From positions 163,863,968 to 163,927,967 of the forward strand of contig NC_068983.1 in the NCBI RefSeq assembly GCF_001194135.2: 64,000 nucleotides of DNA, given 5' to 3'. The DNA comes from Octopus bimaculoides. Lineage: Eukaryota. The translations under genes and the position numbers were made by a program. Below, piece by piece: positions 63,286-64,000 of the stretch. The notes beneath the pieces were generated by a model. The model was given only the letters and a program-made list of their open reading frames with translations, had not been told where the DNA came from and ran no database searches. Position 1 is the stretch's first letter. The number at the start of each line of letters is the position of its first letter.

Positions 63286-63869
63286 CATCAGTCGAACAGA
63301 TAATATTATCTTAATGGGACTTATGTCTTTCCATATGAATTGTTCAGTGTCCTTTGTAAGACTGTTGGGTATGATTTTAGGCAGATTTAGTCGCTATTTC
63401 TTGTAGGTCGAGCGGCTGCGTCGAAGTTTCAACGTTTGGCTTGTATCGTTTAATTAAAATAGTCCATACTTGTGGATTAGAAAAACTAATAAATTAAGTT
63501 TTGCAGTGAGGAGAATATAATAATGCTGAATGAATAATGTTATCTTAAACGGATACGGAAACAAACCAAAGCACATTGTGCTGTTTCTGGTTTAATGTTT
63601 CCTTCTCCTCGAGTTCTTTTAATTTTATTGTTATTTTTCGTGCAGATGACATCTCTGAGTAATTTACCCTCCGTCGTTAACTTACAAGACCGACTGTCAA
63701 ATAATTTAGCAGAAACACTCTCGTAACGCCGTTCCCTGATTTGGGGTCAAGACTTCTCAAGAAATTCATCTTACGAGACTCAATAAAAAAAAAAAAGGAA
63801 CAAATAATAGAACATAAGAAGGAATTCGATAAAAGTGATTTAACCAACCCCAAAACATTTTTTCTACTT

Positions 63870-64000
63870 AGGCACAAGGCCCGGAATTTTGGGGGAAGGG
63901 ACCAGTCGATTAGATCGACCCCAGTACGCAAAAGGTACTTAATTTATTGATCCCAAAAGGATAAAAAGCAAAGTCGACCTCGGCGGAGTTTGAACTCAGG
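63870..64000 (-). mobile_element. SINE family A (runs off the window)
   Basis: gataaaagcaaagtcgacctcggcggagtttgaactc. Confidence 0.8.

Overview
This is AT-rich, repeat-dense animal genomic DNA from a draft assembly with 12 N-gaps, most of them at microsatellites. The SINE families and microsatellites look like those of an octopus or other cephalopod; that assignment is inference from recalled repeat sequences. I find no complete protein-coding gene, rRNA, true tRNA or CRISPR array. The window is mostly several tRNA-derived SINE-like families (my labels A-G), decayed mariner/Tigger transposons, 3' remnants of RTE- and R4/Dong-like LINEs, a Penelope-like GIY-YIG endonuclease remnant, and microsatellites. 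The main result is family G. It has a tRNA-like Pol III head, an (AAT)n tract, and a tail whose consensus is a minimal type-I hammerhead ribozyme of the Penelope kind (acac-CUGAUGA-a-ggcug/cagcc-GAAA-CGUU-gugu). One copy (7298-7341, minus strand) keeps the whole catalytic core. Family G occurs twice as head-to-head fold-back pairs. Three other long hairpins and two degenerate hammerhead-like motifs are also present. CpG content shifts from depleted to retained near 50-52 kb, where divergent candidate first exons suggest a promoter region. Repeat boundaries were read by eye and are approximate (about +/-10-20 bp).
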